A stretch of DNA of 63,929 nt, counting the filler, from Octopus bimaculoides (taxonomy: Eukaryota): NCBI RefSeq assembly GCF_001194135.2. It is 9 parts of 8 records of this genome, joined end to end, with 100 filler letters (N's around TTAATTAATTAA, not from the genome) between each part and the next. Parts side by side here need not be neighbours in the genome. Positions count along the whole stretch, not along the records: positions 1 to 9,175 come from NC_068996.1; positions 9,276 to 11,866 come from NC_068982.1; 7 more parts are not named here. One strand, given 5' to 3'. Positions 1-11,835 of the stretch are shown here, one piece after another; position 1 is the first letter of the stretch; the number at the start of each line of letters is the position of its first letter. The notes under the pieces are model-generated. The model ran no database searches, had not been told where the DNA came from, and saw only the letters and a program-made list of their open reading frames with translations. The position numbers and the translations under genes were made by a program.

Positions 1-59
1 CAAGGTGCCACGCAGTGGGACTGAACCTGGGACCATGTGGCTGATATATATATATATAT

Positions 60-185
60 ATATATTCTTTTATTCTTTTACTAAGATTTTAGTCGAAGAA
101 ATCGACCCCAGGACTTATTCTTTGTAAGCCTAGTACTTATTGTATCGGTCTATTTGGCCGAACCGCTAAATTGCGGGGACATAAA
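60..185 (-). mobile_element. SINE family A (tRNA-derived, bipartite), 3' tail fragment; a head fragment lies at 1-40
   Basis: Matches in reverse the tail of the full copy at 31169-31563 (gaccccaggacttattctttgtaagcctagtacttat). Confidence 0.85.
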
Positions 186-474
186 TACATGAATATATAC
201 ATGTTTCGTTTTGGGATTTGGTTTGCAAGATTCTTTATGTGAGTTTGTCTGTTGAAGCATATTCTGTTGTGTCTGGGGAGAGTCATTCTCTTTTAGTGCC
301 TTATAATTTAACACACACACCGGTAAAATGTTCACTTATTTTATTTTTATTTTTCAAAAAAATTTTCGTTGCGTCTTGCAACCTTTAAATAGTTTTGACT
401 TATAACTACTGAAAAGGATTCGGTGACACTGAACAGCACTCGAGCATGTTTCTTCTATTATTGCCTTGGGTCAA

Positions 475-630
475 GGCAGTGAGCTAGCAGAATCGTTAGC
501 ACGCTTGGCAAAATGCATAGTGGTATTTCTTCCGGCATCACGTTTTGAGCTTAAATTCCACCGAAGTCGACTTAGCCTGCCATTTTTTCGGGATCGATAA
601 ATTAAGAACTAGTGAATAACTGGGATCGAT
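475..630 (+). mobile_element. SINE family B (tRNA-derived)
   Basis: gagctagcagaatcgttagcacg...ccgaagtcgacttagcc...gggatcgataaattaag; same family as the TSD-bounded copy at 37036-37254. Confidence 0.85.
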
Positions 631-720
631 GCAATGTGTGCCTGTACGTATGTGTATACACGCACGCGTCTGTGTGTATGGTCATTTGTACACAAACAAA
701 TGCATCAATATTTCATGTAG

Positions 721-820
721 ATGAGGTTGTCTTGAAGGATTATCTAAGATTCTGTTTACCAGGATGTGATCTGCTCGCTCAAAAATATTACACTAGCCAA
801 TTGGAAAATAATCTTTCTTG
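721..820 (+). CDS. Candidate isolated coding exon, product unknown (DEVVLKDYLRFCLPGCDLLAQKYYTSQLENNLS)
   Basis: ttcatgtag| acceptor, 100 nt open in phase 1 to 2, TTG|GTGAGT donor, non-repetitive sequence; no partner exon or homology identified. Confidence 0.3.
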
Positions 821-914
821 GTGAGTTCCTTCAACTCGCTAGATATAGCAAGCAAATCGCCTTCAAATCGGATATCATGCCATCAAAAACGAATACAAAT
901 ATTTTTTTCTACTC

Positions 915-1095
915 TAGGCCCAAGGCCCTGAATTTTTGGAGAGGGGGCCAGTCGATTACATCGACCCCAGTACTCTACTGGTACTTAATTTATCGACTCC
1001 GAAAGGATAAAAGGCAAAGTCAACCTCGGCGGAATTTGAATTCAGAACATAAAGACGGACGAAATACCGCAAAGCATTTCGCCAGCGTGCGGCCT
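915..1095 (-). mobile_element. SINE family B
   Basis: Reverse-complement match (atcgaccccagtac...aaaggcaaagtcaacctcggcggaatttgaa). Confidence 0.85.
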
Positions 1096-1324
1096 TAACA
1101 AATACAAATATTAAAAAGAAAATACTTAATGAATAGTACACGATGTGACAAATTAGATGGTCATGGCTTGAATGTCATTTTAACAATGACTTGTGATAAA
1201 AGCTGAGAAAATGTCTGAGGCACAGTTACAACAACGTCACACGTCAACAACAATAACAACTATAATAACAAGAACCAAACCACAACAAAAGCAAGATGGC
1301 CACTTCCAACACCGAAACTAATTT

Positions 1325-1540
1325 CGGTTTCAAATTTTGGCACAAGGCCAGCAATTTCGGAGAACGGGATAAATCGATTATATCGACCCTATTAATCAGC
1401 TGGTACTTATTTCATTTGACCCCGAAAGGATGAAAGGCAAAGTCAGCTCCGGTAGCATTCGAACGCAGACACATAAAGACGGACAAAATGCCGCCAAGCA
1501 TTCTGTTCCGGCGTGCTAAAGGTTCCGCCGGCTCGCCGCA
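1325..1540 (-). mobile_element. SINE family B
   Basis: Reverse-complement match (ggcacaaggccagcaatt...gaccccgaaaggatgaaaggcaaagtc). Confidence 0.85.
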
Positions 1541-2125
1541 CAACAGAACTAATACCAGCAACATCTATACCAACAACAACAACGACGAAGACAACAACAA
1601 CAGTAACAGCACACAGCAATTGTCATCCGCGCAAATCCTTCCAGCAACCGGATGACCTCTTACGAAAAATCCCTCCAAGCAGTCAGTCAGCCAAACAACC
1701 AACCGACTAACAAGCCAACCAACAGGCCTACAAACGACCAGCCAACTACCACAACCTCTGTGTCTGTGTGTCTGTCCCAGAACTGTTGATTTGTTGCTTG
1801 TCCTTCCTGCACCTACCAAAGCTTGGAACACACAGACACCTTCTCACCTATGCATTCTGCAAGCCATTTACAGGTACTCAGACGCATAAACGCATAGGTA
1901 ATTCCATATTCCGAAGTTACAATACGCAGATATATGTAGGTATGCACGTGTATCATGATCATGTGTGTGTTTCTGCGAGTGTGTGTGGGTTGAGTTGTGT
2001 GTTGTGTGTGTGTGAGTGTGTGTGTAGGGGGCACTATGCATATATATAAACGTTCATACATACAGATATATGTGTATGTATGCTGGTATACGTGTGATGC
2101 GTGCGTAGGTATGTATTTGTAAGCA

Positions 2126-2157
<32 letters not shown>

Positions 2158-3116
2158 NNNNNNNNNNNNNNNNNNNNNNNNNNNNNNNNNNNNNNNNNNN
2201 NNNNNNNNNNNNNNNNNNNNNNNNNNNNNNNNNNNNNNNNNNNNNNNNNNNNNNNNNNNNNNNNNNNNNNNNNNNNNNNNNNNNNNNNNNNNNNNNNNNN
2301 NNNNNNNNNNNNNNNNNNNNNNNNNNNNNNNNNNNNNNNNNNNNNNNNNNNNNNNNNNNNNNNNNNNNNNNNNNNNNNNNNNNNNNNNNNNNNNNNNNNN
2401 NNNNNNNNNNNNNNNNNNNNNNNNNNNNNNNNNNNNNNNNNNNNNNNNNNNNNNNNNNNNNNNNNNNNNNNNNNNNNNNNNNNNNNNNNNNNNNNNNNNN
2501 NNNNNNNNNNNNNNNNNNNNNNNNNNNNNNNNNNNNNNNNNNNNNNNNNNNNNNNNNNNNNNNNNNNNNNNNNNNNNNNNNNNNNNNNNNNNNNNNNNNN
2601 NNNNNNNNNNNNNNNNNNNNNNNNNNNNNNNNNNNNNNNNNNNNNNNNNNNNNNNNNNNNNNNNNNNNNNNNNNNNNNNNNNNNNNNNNNNNNNNNNNNN
2701 NNNNNNNNNNNNNNNNNNNNNNNNNNNNNNNNNNNNNNNNNNNNNNNNNNNNNNNNNNNNNNNNNNNNNNNNNNNNNNNNNNNNNNNNNNNNNNNNNNNN
2801 NNNNNNNNNNNNNNNNNNNNNNNNNNNNNNNNNNNNNNNNNNNNNNNNNNNNNNNNNNNNNNNNNNNNNNNNNNNNNNNNNNNNNNNNNNNNNNNNNNNN
2901 NNNNNNNNNNNNNNNNNNNNNNNNNNNNNNNNNNNNNNNNNNNNNNNNNNNNNNNNNNNNNNNNNNNNNNNNNNNNNNNNNNNNNNNNNNNNNNNNNNNN
3001 NNNNNNNNNNNNNNNNNNNNNNNNNNNNNNNNTCTCTCTCTCTCTTCTACTCACTCACTCTCACTTTCACACACTCACAGGCGCGCGCGCTCACATACAT
3101 ATGTATATATGTCTCA

Positions 3117-3240
3117 CATGGTTCCGGGTTCAGTCTCGCTGCGTGGCACCTTGGGCAAGTGTTTTCTACTATAGCCGCGGGCCGACCAAAGCCTTGTGAG
3201 TGGATTTGATAGACGGAAACTGAAGGAAGCCCGTCGTATA
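3117..3240 (+). mobile_element. SINE family A head followed by a (TA)/(TG) microsatellite
   Basis: cacatggttccgggttcagtc...ggcaccttgggcaagtg...gacggaaactgaaggaagcccgtcg. Confidence 0.9.
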
Positions 3241-3455
3241 CATGTATATATATGTGTGTGCGTGTCTGTGTTTGTCCACCCACCCACACACACACACATA
3301 TATATATACAGAAAGAGAGAAGGATACATATATATATACACAGATATATATGCATATATATACATATTGATATATAAACATATATATATATATACATAGA
3401 TATATATATATGAATATATATATATATAAATATATATATGAATATATATATATGA

Positions 3456-3542
<87 letters not shown>

Positions 3543-3639
3543 CATATACACATATGTATGCATGCATGCATGCATATATGTATGTATGTATGTATGTATG
3601 TTAGTAAATCACGGACCCTCCCGTCGTTAGACGACATAT

Positions 3640-3912
3640 GAAGGCTCGAGAATTTGTTGCCCAGCAACCACAGAGATGATTTGTTTATAGTGATCAAATG
3701 TTTGTGCACACATAAGCTAACTCCCTTCCTTCAAATCGACATTACCTATACAGGTGCACCATGTGCCACATGTCAGATGACGAGATTATCGCAGAGCAAC
3801 GTGAAATGAAGGGCTTTGCTCAAGAATACAACACAACACCCGGTCTGGGAATCGAACCCACGAACTAGCAATCTTGAGTGCAATACTCTAACCACTAAGC
3901 CATGCGCTTTCA
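3640..3912 (-). mobile_element. tRNA-derived SINE with CORE-like segment (different tail from families A and C)
   Basis: Minus strand reads gcgcatggcttagtggttagag (A box)...gggttcgattccc (B box)...gtgttgtattcttgagcaaag. Confidence 0.8.
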
Positions 3913-4339
3913 TATAAATATACATGCGTGTGTGTGTGTGTATGTATGCACATATTTATGTATGTATATATATGTATGTGCGTATATATATATATATTCG
4001 CAATGATTGTGTGCGTATGTGTATGTGGGCGCGTGTGCGAGTATTGACTTATATTATTGCAATGAAACCACAAGCCTTGTGAAATACAGCTACCCAGGGT
4101 TTCCTGGTCAAAATATTGATTTATTTCACCATTTTTCGCGCTGATGAAATGCTGCGTTAGAAGCAGTTGATGCTTGAATGCGAACGCTCATATTGAAACA
4201 GACAGAAAGAAATACAGAGATAAAACACGGACGACACATCCAACTTTGCAACAAATATTACCCTTATCAAATTTACGTGTATAGATTGGAATAGTTTAGA
4301 TGTATCCGGTGAGCTATCTTTAATTTTCTCTAAAATGCA

Positions 4340-4830
4340 TTTTTCAAAATGTGGACGTAAAGAAAAGTTTCGTTCCTTTAACTTGCAGTCATGGAATGTT
4401 CTTAGGTTGTTTAAAAGTTACCGTTTTTCGAGTGAACATATCAAACATTTTTCTGACCCGTTAGTGCAGGGTTTGGTCTTGGAAAAGATTTTCCATTTGA
4501 TGTCGTAGTTAATGCATTCGTCTTTAAGTTTCCAGATTAAAAAAAACGAGAGGGTTGATGTATATGTCTTCTGATGGTACATAAAGGTCGATAGATGGTT
4601 GTTGTATGTGGATTTAAACATTCCTGCCACTGGTCCAATGTAACGTTTGATCTCTGGTTGACTGTCATCATAGTATGCTGATGCCCTTGCTTCATTAACA
4701 ACGGAGGATATATCGCATGCCTGCTCTACATGAGATTTGGGCTATTCTCTGTATGAGCATCCGGAACAGCTGCGATTGGTCGGTTCTTTATTGGTATAGA
4801 TCTTCGCATTATAAGCCAAGGAAAAGTAAT
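4340..4830 (-). mobile_element. Penelope-like element GIY-YIG endonuclease remnant, Naiad/Chlamys-like type
   Basis: Minus-strand translation: SVVNEARAS...IKRYIGPVAGMFKSTYNNHLSTF...STLS...IWKLKDECINYDIKWKIFSKTKPCTNGSEKCLICSLEK; stops and indels present. Confidence 0.8.
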
Positions 4831-5039
4831 TTTAATCCTGTTTCTATTAAATTTCGTTTTGGATCTAAGGGTGTTAGGAAAGTGAATATCGAATAGGTGA
4901 AAAAATATTGCATATGTGAGTGTATGTATGTGTGTGAATGTGTGTGTGAGTGTGTGAGTGTATGTGTATGTATGTGTGTGTGTGCGCGCATATGTGTGTA
5001 GATGTACGTATATGTCTATGTGCGTGTGTCATTGTGTTT

Positions 5040-5225
5040 GTGCTTGTCCTACACCGCCGCTTGTCAACTGGTGCAGACTTGAGTATGTACCCGTAACTTA
5101 GCAATTCGGTATAAAAGATCGATATGATAAATATCACATCTTAAAAGGTAAGTAGCGATGTCGATCTGTTCGACTAAACACATCTGGTCACAATCCAATG
5201 ACTAAAACAAGTAAAAGATAAAAGA
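5040..5225 (+). mobile_element. SINE family A 3' tail (degenerate)
   Basis: ccgcttgtcaactggtg...cccgtaacttagcaattcgg...aatgactaaaacaagtaaaagataaaag. Confidence 0.8.
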
Positions 5226-5536
5226 AATGTGTGTGAGTTGGGGGGGGTCTGTCCTTGTTTTTGTATACATTCGCTACTTTCTTCCAAGGAATCTAGTGCT
5301 CTTAGCTTAGATTTTCCTTGGGGCTAGCCAGAGTAGAGCAGTGTCGAGTATAACCAGCCGAAGCTGCAAAGATAATCTGGAACTCGACTGACGAATGAAA
5401 ACTCCCGTTCTTGTTTTTCATGTCCCTGTTTGTATCATCTAACTGTCTGGATGTCTTGTTGTCACCTGATGCGTTCTTGTCCCATTTTTTGTATTCTTAC
5501 ACACACACACGTACAAACACACACACACACACATAC

Positions 5537-5559
<23 letters not shown>

Positions 5560-5567
<8 letters not shown>

Positions 5568-6650
5568 AATAATATATAAATATATGCATATATACATACA
5601 TATGTGTATAAACCTACATATATATGTATATATACATACATATATGGGTACAGGACATGAAAAAAAACGCAGAAAATGAGAAACGAAAGCATAAAAACAA
5701 AAACATAGAAAATGAACTTTTTCGAACAACGAAAAAAAAAACAAAACAAACAGAGAACCGAGACATGCAACATAAAGAACATTCCCTTCATCAGTTGTCC
5801 CTTCTATGTTTTTGTTTTTATGATGTCCTGTACCCATATATGCATGTATATATACATATATATGTACGTATGTACATATATGTATGTATATATTCATACA
5901 CTTATATATTATTTATATTACTATATAATCGAACGCCACGCGTCCTTTTCTATGTCTATCTAACTCCCTCTCTTGTTCTTCTTCTCTGTTTTTCTCTCCC
6001 ACCCTTTCCCTATTCTTCTCCTCTCCCCTTCACCGTTCCCTCGCTCTCACTCTTCCTCCTTGACTCTCTCGTCGCTGACACGTGACGAAAGGCAATCTAT
6101 CTTTCTTTCTTCCACTTCCTTCGTAAAGACAAGACGTGCTTTAACCTGTCTCTTCTCATAGCTCGTCTACCGAGCATTCATAATAATTTTTCTATCGTCT
6201 TGGCTTAACAGCCCTCACCGTTTGTTTTTAATATCTTGTTCTCACTGTCCTGTTTTTGTTATCACTTTCACCATCCGCAAAAAATCCCAAATTTTATTTC
6301 ATTTGCTTTGCGGGAAAGACTATTTCAACAAAGTCGCGTATTGTCCTTACCTTCAAAATGCGGAGTAGATGAAACAGGGACAACTGATGAAGGGAAATAT
6401 TCTTTATGTTGCATGTCTCGTTTCTCTGCTTGTTTTATTTTTTCGTTGTTCAAAAAAAAGTTCATTTTCTATGTTTTTGTTTTTATGCTTTCGTTTCTCA
6501 TTGTGTCTACGCTTTTCTGATGTCCTTTAACCATATATGCATGTACATATACATATATATGTAGGTATGTATATATATATGTAGGTATATATGCATATAT
6601 TTATATATTATTTATATTATTATATATGATCGAACGCCACGCATTCTTTT
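5560..6650. repeat. Inverted plus partial direct copies of a ~270-bp repeat (PLE pseudo-LTR-like arrangement)
   Basis: 5560-5801 is the reverse complement of ~6377-6600; 5803-5948 is a direct copy of the 3' part of 6377-6650; contains caactgatgaaggga (hammerhead 5' half only). Confidence 0.7.
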
Positions 6651-6663
6651 CCAAGTAAGTTTA

Positions 6664-6695
<32 letters not shown>

Positions 6696-6747
6696 GCGAG
6701 TAAAAATAAATACAAAAAAGGGGTTTTGTATGATTGTGTATAGAGGA

Positions 6748-7119
6748 ATATATTATTTTGTTTAAAAGAGTTCCAACACTGTCTGTTTTTTATGTTTTAT
6801 TTATATTCCTGCAGAACCAATGTGGGATATAGAATATGGAATATACAATATATAATATAATATACAATATATAATATAAAATAAAAATGGATGGTACAAT
6901 GAAATAAAGTATTGAATGTCTTATTGAATATATGGAATATGTCTTATTGAATAGATGAAATTCAATACTTTATTTCATTGTACCATCCATTTTTATTTTA
7001 TATTATATATTGTATATTATATTATATATTGTATATTCCATATTCTATATCCCACATTGGTTCTGCAGGAATATAAATAAAACATAAAAAACAGACAGTG
7101 TTGGAACTCTTTTAAACAA

Positions 7120-7129
<10 letters not shown>
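6748..7129. repeat. Long near-perfect inverted repeat (~170-bp arms, ~42-bp spacer)
   Basis: Arms 6748-6917 and 6960-7129 are reverse complements apart from one slip in the AT-rich tract. Confidence 0.95.
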
Positions 7130-7150
<21 letters not shown>

Positions 7151-7154
7151 CCTA

Positions 7155-7455
7155 CACATTTAAAACTGAGTAACCATATTCATAACGGTGAGTTACTAAC
7201 AAAATGCAACATATCTGGTATTGAAGCCATCCTCATCAAAATATAACTTAGATGGCCAGGTCATGTCTCACATATGAGTGATACCAGAATTCCGAAGCAA
7301 CTTCTCTTTGGCCAATTCCCAACAGGAAGGTCAGTTGGAAGGCCACTCTTGCACTTCAAAGACAAACTAAAAGATAATCGGAAGCGATGCAACTTCCGCT
7401 TTTCTTCCTGGGAAAACAAAGTATTAGAACATGTGCATGATGGTGTGTGGTGTGT
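7155..7455 (+). mobile_element. RTE/BovB-type LINE, C-terminal remnant
   Basis: KCNISGIEAILIK*LRWPGHVSHMSDTRIPKQLLFGQFPTGRSVGRPLLHFKDKLKDN matches the RTE ORF end motif LRW.GHV.RM...RLPKQLL.G. Confidence 0.85.
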
Positions 7456-7781
7456 GTACTGAGTTGAACAGTGTGTAGGGATGCTCGTATAGTGATATGT
7501 GTGGTGAGGCTATTGAATGGTATGTGTGAGTGTGTGGATAATAGTGTGTGATGTAGGTGCTGAGAAGTGTTGGTTGCAAGTGTGTGTGTAGGTGGGTAGG
7601 TGTTTGTGAGTGAGTGTGTAATGGTGTGTGAAGTGAGTAATGAGTGGAACAGTGTGTATAGGTATTTGTATAGTGGTGTGTGTGTGTGGTGAAGGTACTG
7701 AGGTAGGCAGTATGCAGGTGTGTAGGTGGAGGCGAGGGGTAAGTGATTGTGGGAATGTGTGGGAATTTGTGTGAGGTGGTG

Positions 7782-8035
7782 TCAGATGAAGAGGGGTAGG
7801 GAGTTGAGCCAATATGGTGCAAAGGAACAAAAGTTGAGGATTAATTCCTGTTTACAGCGAAAGCGAGAGTCTGGGTGGCCCCTGTGCAGAGATGGCTCGA
7901 TCACAGATAGATGTTGTAGTGAATGGCCGGTATGGCGGAAATAGCGCGAGACTGAGGTGTCATAGCAAGTCTGATGTCTTGGAGCTGCTCCACGAACTGG
8001 TCAGTCGACTGGTGTCCCGTTTTACAATGTACAGT

Positions 8036-8083
<48 letters not shown>

Positions 8084-8470
8084 CAGAGACAGAGACAGAG
8101 ACAGAACGGGAGAGAGCGAGAGCGGGAGAGAGAGAGAGAGAGAGAGCAGGATGTGCAGTAAATAACGTTACTAAAGGTGCAGGTAAAGGAATCGGCGATG
8201 TGATAAGGACGGTGGTGGGTGCCAGTGAAGATAGTGGCGTGGAGTGGTAGGAGTAGGTGCGACAGCGTGGGCGGCGGCAGGGGAAGTAGCCAGGCTGGGA
8301 GGCAGGGGTAGGGAAGAAACTTTGAACCAAGAGGTCACGTAAGTTATGGGCTCATTTGAAAGACGGAAGTGAGGTTAGGAAAGATGTACGAGGTGGAGGG
8401 ATCGAGCTGGAGTCGCCGGAAAGCTCGGAGAATGGTGCGCTGGAGGGGTAGGGTGGTAGATGAGGGGAAA
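7782..8470 (-). mobile_element. Penelope-like element (Neptune-like) linker and GIY-YIG remnant, split by a (CT)n microsatellite
   Basis: Minus strand: LPLQRTILRAFRRLQLDPST..IFP...NLRDLLVQS...PGYFPCRRPRCRT...SFTCTFSNVIYCTSCS[(CT)n]SLYI.KTG..TDQFVEQLQDIR...FRHTGHSLQHLSV...KQELIL...APYWLN; frameshifted. Confidence 0.85.
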
Positions 8471-9175
8471 GAGGGATATACAAAAACTGAAAATATTCAG
8501 AAGATAAACACTCATATACAAAAATATATGTATTTATATATAATGGCAAATAAATTTACATGGAGTCTAAAAACTACAGAAAACGTAGCGGAGAAGAAAT
8601 TGTTTATTAGCTATTTGCCAATCTTCTCTTCCTAACAACGGAAGCCGGTTTACGGTAATGTCTATAAGCATTCATCTACTGGTTGCATCTCCATGACATT
8701 TTTCACACACCATCTGCTAATTATGAATATTACAACTGTTACGAAATTCTAAGTTCCCTGAAACAGCTGTCGAGTAAAAAAAAAAAAACATGCGTTCTCC
8801 CCTTGGTTTCTGTACTTTTTATACTCCATATAAATTTATTTGTAAATATATATATAAATATCTACATGGTTGTACATAAGTGTTTATCTTTTGAATATTT
8901 ATTTCCTTTTTTTCTTTTTGTATATCCCTATATATCTACCGATATGTGCATACGTATGCATATATGTTTATATATGTCAAGCTTAATCGCGTTTATCTGG
9001 TTCACCATCTCCATATTATTTCACTTGGATTTCTCTTATAACCACTCTTTTCCATGCGGACTTAGTTCTCGATAAAGACACCGGAGTATCAGTTCAAATC
9101 AGTTGAGCACTATTACATGTTTTCTATATTGAACATCTCTAGATCTCACCTGCTAACAATATATATATATATATA

Positions 9176-9275
9176 NNNNNNNNNNNNNNNNNNNNNNNNN
9201 NNNNNNNNNNNNNNNNNNNTTAATTAATTAANNNNNNNNNNNNNNNNNNNNNNNNNNNNNNNNNNNNNNNNNNNN
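9176..9275. other. Assembly gap with artificial linker (44 N + TTAATTAATTAA + 44 N); seven more at ~11911, 22460, 25418, 36836, 41850, 56818 and 62841
   Basis: Identical palindromic all-frame-stop 12-mer centred in 100-bp gaps. Confidence 0.97.
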
Positions 9276-9633
9276 CATCAGTAGTGCTTTTACCTGGCAC
9301 GAACCCAAACTGCATCTCATCTAAATTGATTCGCTCCCTAATTAGTTGGGCTATGACCCTCTCTGTAACTTTCATAACCTGATCTAACAGCTTGATGCCT
9401 CTGTAATTATTTGTATCTAAAGCGTCCCCTTTACCTTTGTAGCAGTTGACTATGATGCTGCTACACCAGTCATAGGGTATGACTCCTTCGTGTATCACCT
9501 GGTTCGTAATACGGGTGACTAGGCTATAGCCAACACTGCCAGATATTTTGAGCATCTCTGCAGTGATTCCTGATGGGCCGGGGGCTTTCCCGGTCTTCAT
9601 ACTCTTAATTGCTTTATCTACCCTAGTCAATCT
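9276..9633 (-). mobile_element. RTE-clade LINE reverse transcriptase, N-terminal fragment
   Basis: VDKAIKSMKTGKAPGPSGITAEMLK...DWCSSIIVNCYKGKGDALDTNNYRGIKLLDQVMKVTERVI...MQFGFVPGKSTTD; runs into a gap. Confidence 0.95.
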
Positions 9634-9725
9634 AAACATGAACAAGCAAGAAAAAAAACAACAACAACATGAGGACATGGAATAAGTACAGTGTTATTGG
9701 ACGCTCAGGAAAGAAAAGAAAGAGG

Positions 9726-9760
9726 ATTTCACGTTTCGAGCGGAGCTCTTCATCAGAAAT
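9726..9760 (-). ncRNA. Minimal type-I hammerhead-like motif (probably inactive, H17=G)
   Basis: attt CTGATGA A GAGC tcc GCTC GAAA CG TG aaat. Confidence 0.6.
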
Positions 9761-10224
9761 ATAGAAAAAGTCCAAAGAAGGGAAGACAGAGAAAGAAAAT
9801 CGCCAACGATACACACACGGTCATCAGTAGCAACTCTAGCACATGGGCTGTTCGGGCTTAGCCCGAGTATAAATTTAGCAACGTGAACCTGTATTTGCAA
9901 GCTGATTTAATTTCTGCCAACACTGACTTCAAGTATGTAATTGCGGCCAATAACTCAGGCTCTTTTTATTGAGCCTGGTTCCAATTCATTTATTCTTGTT
10001 CAACATCTGGCGGTCATCTTTGAGGCGCCCTGTATCAAAAAATATCATTCGTAGCAGACATTCTCTCGACATCGTTCACACATGCCTGACTTGGGCTCAG
10101 AAGTTACAGCACGAGTTGTTATCTATAATCATAAAAATTAAAAGAAATTCAAATTCAATGTTTTCAAGAAAAGTTTCTGTTCTACAATATTCTTAAAGGA
10201 ACAAAAAATTATCCAGTAACTCAG

Positions 10225-10480
10225 ACTAATACGAACAAGCCTAGTAGGTGTAAAGGACTAAATTACATCTCTTGTCAAGAGTACAGGTGATAGTCAGATC
10301 AGTGATGTTTGTTGTGCACTCTGCTTTCATTATTTGATTGCTGTTATCCAGCAACTTGGACTAATACAAACAAGCCTGGTAGGTGTAAAGGATAAACTGA
10401 CATCTCTTGTCAAGAGTACAGGCGACAGTCAGATCGCTAATGTTTGCTTTGCACTCCATTTTCATTATTTGATTGCATCT
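10225..10480 (+). repeat. ~134-bp tandem duplication, possibly an hAT transposase remnant
   Basis: Two diverged copies starting actaatac(g/a)aacaagcct; translation TSLVGVKDKLTSLVK...ALHFHYLI weakly resembles the hAT MVG...GLV.L...HC.IH region. Confidence 0.45.
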
Positions 10481-10584
10481 GTGTGTAAAGATCAATTGTG
10501 TTTTGCGTGGTTGCCTTATTTTTACCCTTAGCTTAGAAATGGGGAAAGACAGAGTGGTAGATACAAAAAATAAGCCATTTGGGT

Positions 10585-11835
10585 TAGAAATATTACGGAT
10601 GCCTGTGTGCAAACAGCTGTGCTACACAGCAGTGAGACATGGATTGTGACAGCCAAGGACATGCATAGGCTTGAAAGAAATGAAGCCAGTATGCTTTGCT
10701 GGATGTGCAATGTCAGTGTGCATGTTCAACAGAGTGTAAGCATCTTGAGAGTAAAGTTAGGCATAAGAGGCATCAGATGTAGTGTGCAAGAGAGACGACT
10801 GCACTGGTACNNNNNNNNNNNNNNNNNNNNNNNNNNNNNNNNNNNNNNNNNNNNNNNNNNNNNNNNNNNNNNNNNNNNNNNNNNNNNNNNNNNNNNNNNN
10901 NNNNNNNNNNNNNNNNTTGTGACAGCCAAGGACATGCATAGGCTTGAAAGAAATGAAGCCAGTATGCTTTGCTGGATGTGCAATGTCAGTGTGCATGTTC
11001 AACAGAGTGTAAGCATCTTGAGAGTAAAGTTAGGCATAAGAGGCATCAGATGTAGTGTGCAAGAGAGACGACTGCACTGGTACAGTCATGTGATGTGTAA
11101 CGAAGTGCCAATCTCTAACTGTGAAGGGAACCTGTGGTAGAGGTCGACTCTGGAAGACATGGTACGGTGTGGTGAAGCATGAGCTTTGAACTTTGAGCCT
11201 CACAGAAGCAATGACTAGTGAACAAGACCTTTAGTGATATGCTGTGCTTGAGAGGTATGCTGTGATATGCTTGAGTGATATGCTGTGCTTGAGAGGACCG
11301 ATCAAGCCAAGTGCACCCATGTTAGTGGCATGAAAAGTACACCTTTCGAGTGTTGGGCCTCACGGAGGCAAAGTGGCTGAGTTCCTTTCAAGTGTTGGGC
11401 CTCACAGAGACAAAATGGCTGAGTTCCTTTTGAGTGTTGGGCCTCATAGTGGCAAACTCGCTGAGTTACTTTCGAGTGTTGAGCCTCATGGAGGCAATGA
11501 CCAAGACCTTTGGCATTATGCCGTGCTCGAGAAGACAACCCATCAAGCTGAGCAAAATTGCAGTTGTGACAGATACTGGTGTCACATCAATTGGCACCCA
11601 TGCCAGTAGCATGCAAAAGCACCATGGTGTCACACAAATGGCGCCTGTGCCAGTGACATGTAAAAGCACCCAATACACTCTCAGAGTGGTTGGCTTTAGG
11701 AAGGGCTTCCAACCGTAGAAAACCATGCCAAATCAAACTGGAGTCTGGTGCAGCCTGCCAGCCCAGTCAAACTGTCCAACCCATGCCAGTATGGATAACA
11801 GACATTAAATGATGATGATGATGATGATGATGATG

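Noticed and set aside
4139-4205. CTGATGA...GAAAC near the Naiad-like remnant
   Set aside because: Stems do not pair convincingly and it is on the opposite strand from the ORF
5385-5420. gaCTGACGAatgaaaactcc hammerhead-like start
   Set aside because: No GAAA or stem III downstream; at most a deleted remnant
6351-6383. 33-nt minus-strand exon-like segment (cag|...AAG|GTAAGG)
   Set aside because: The acceptor and part of the segment lie within a repeated element present three times locally
11340-11500. Regularly spaced ~39-bp repeats resembling a CRISPR array
   Set aside because: Whole units are repeated with no unique spacers, inside an RTE 3' UTR in eukaryotic DNA; no cas genes
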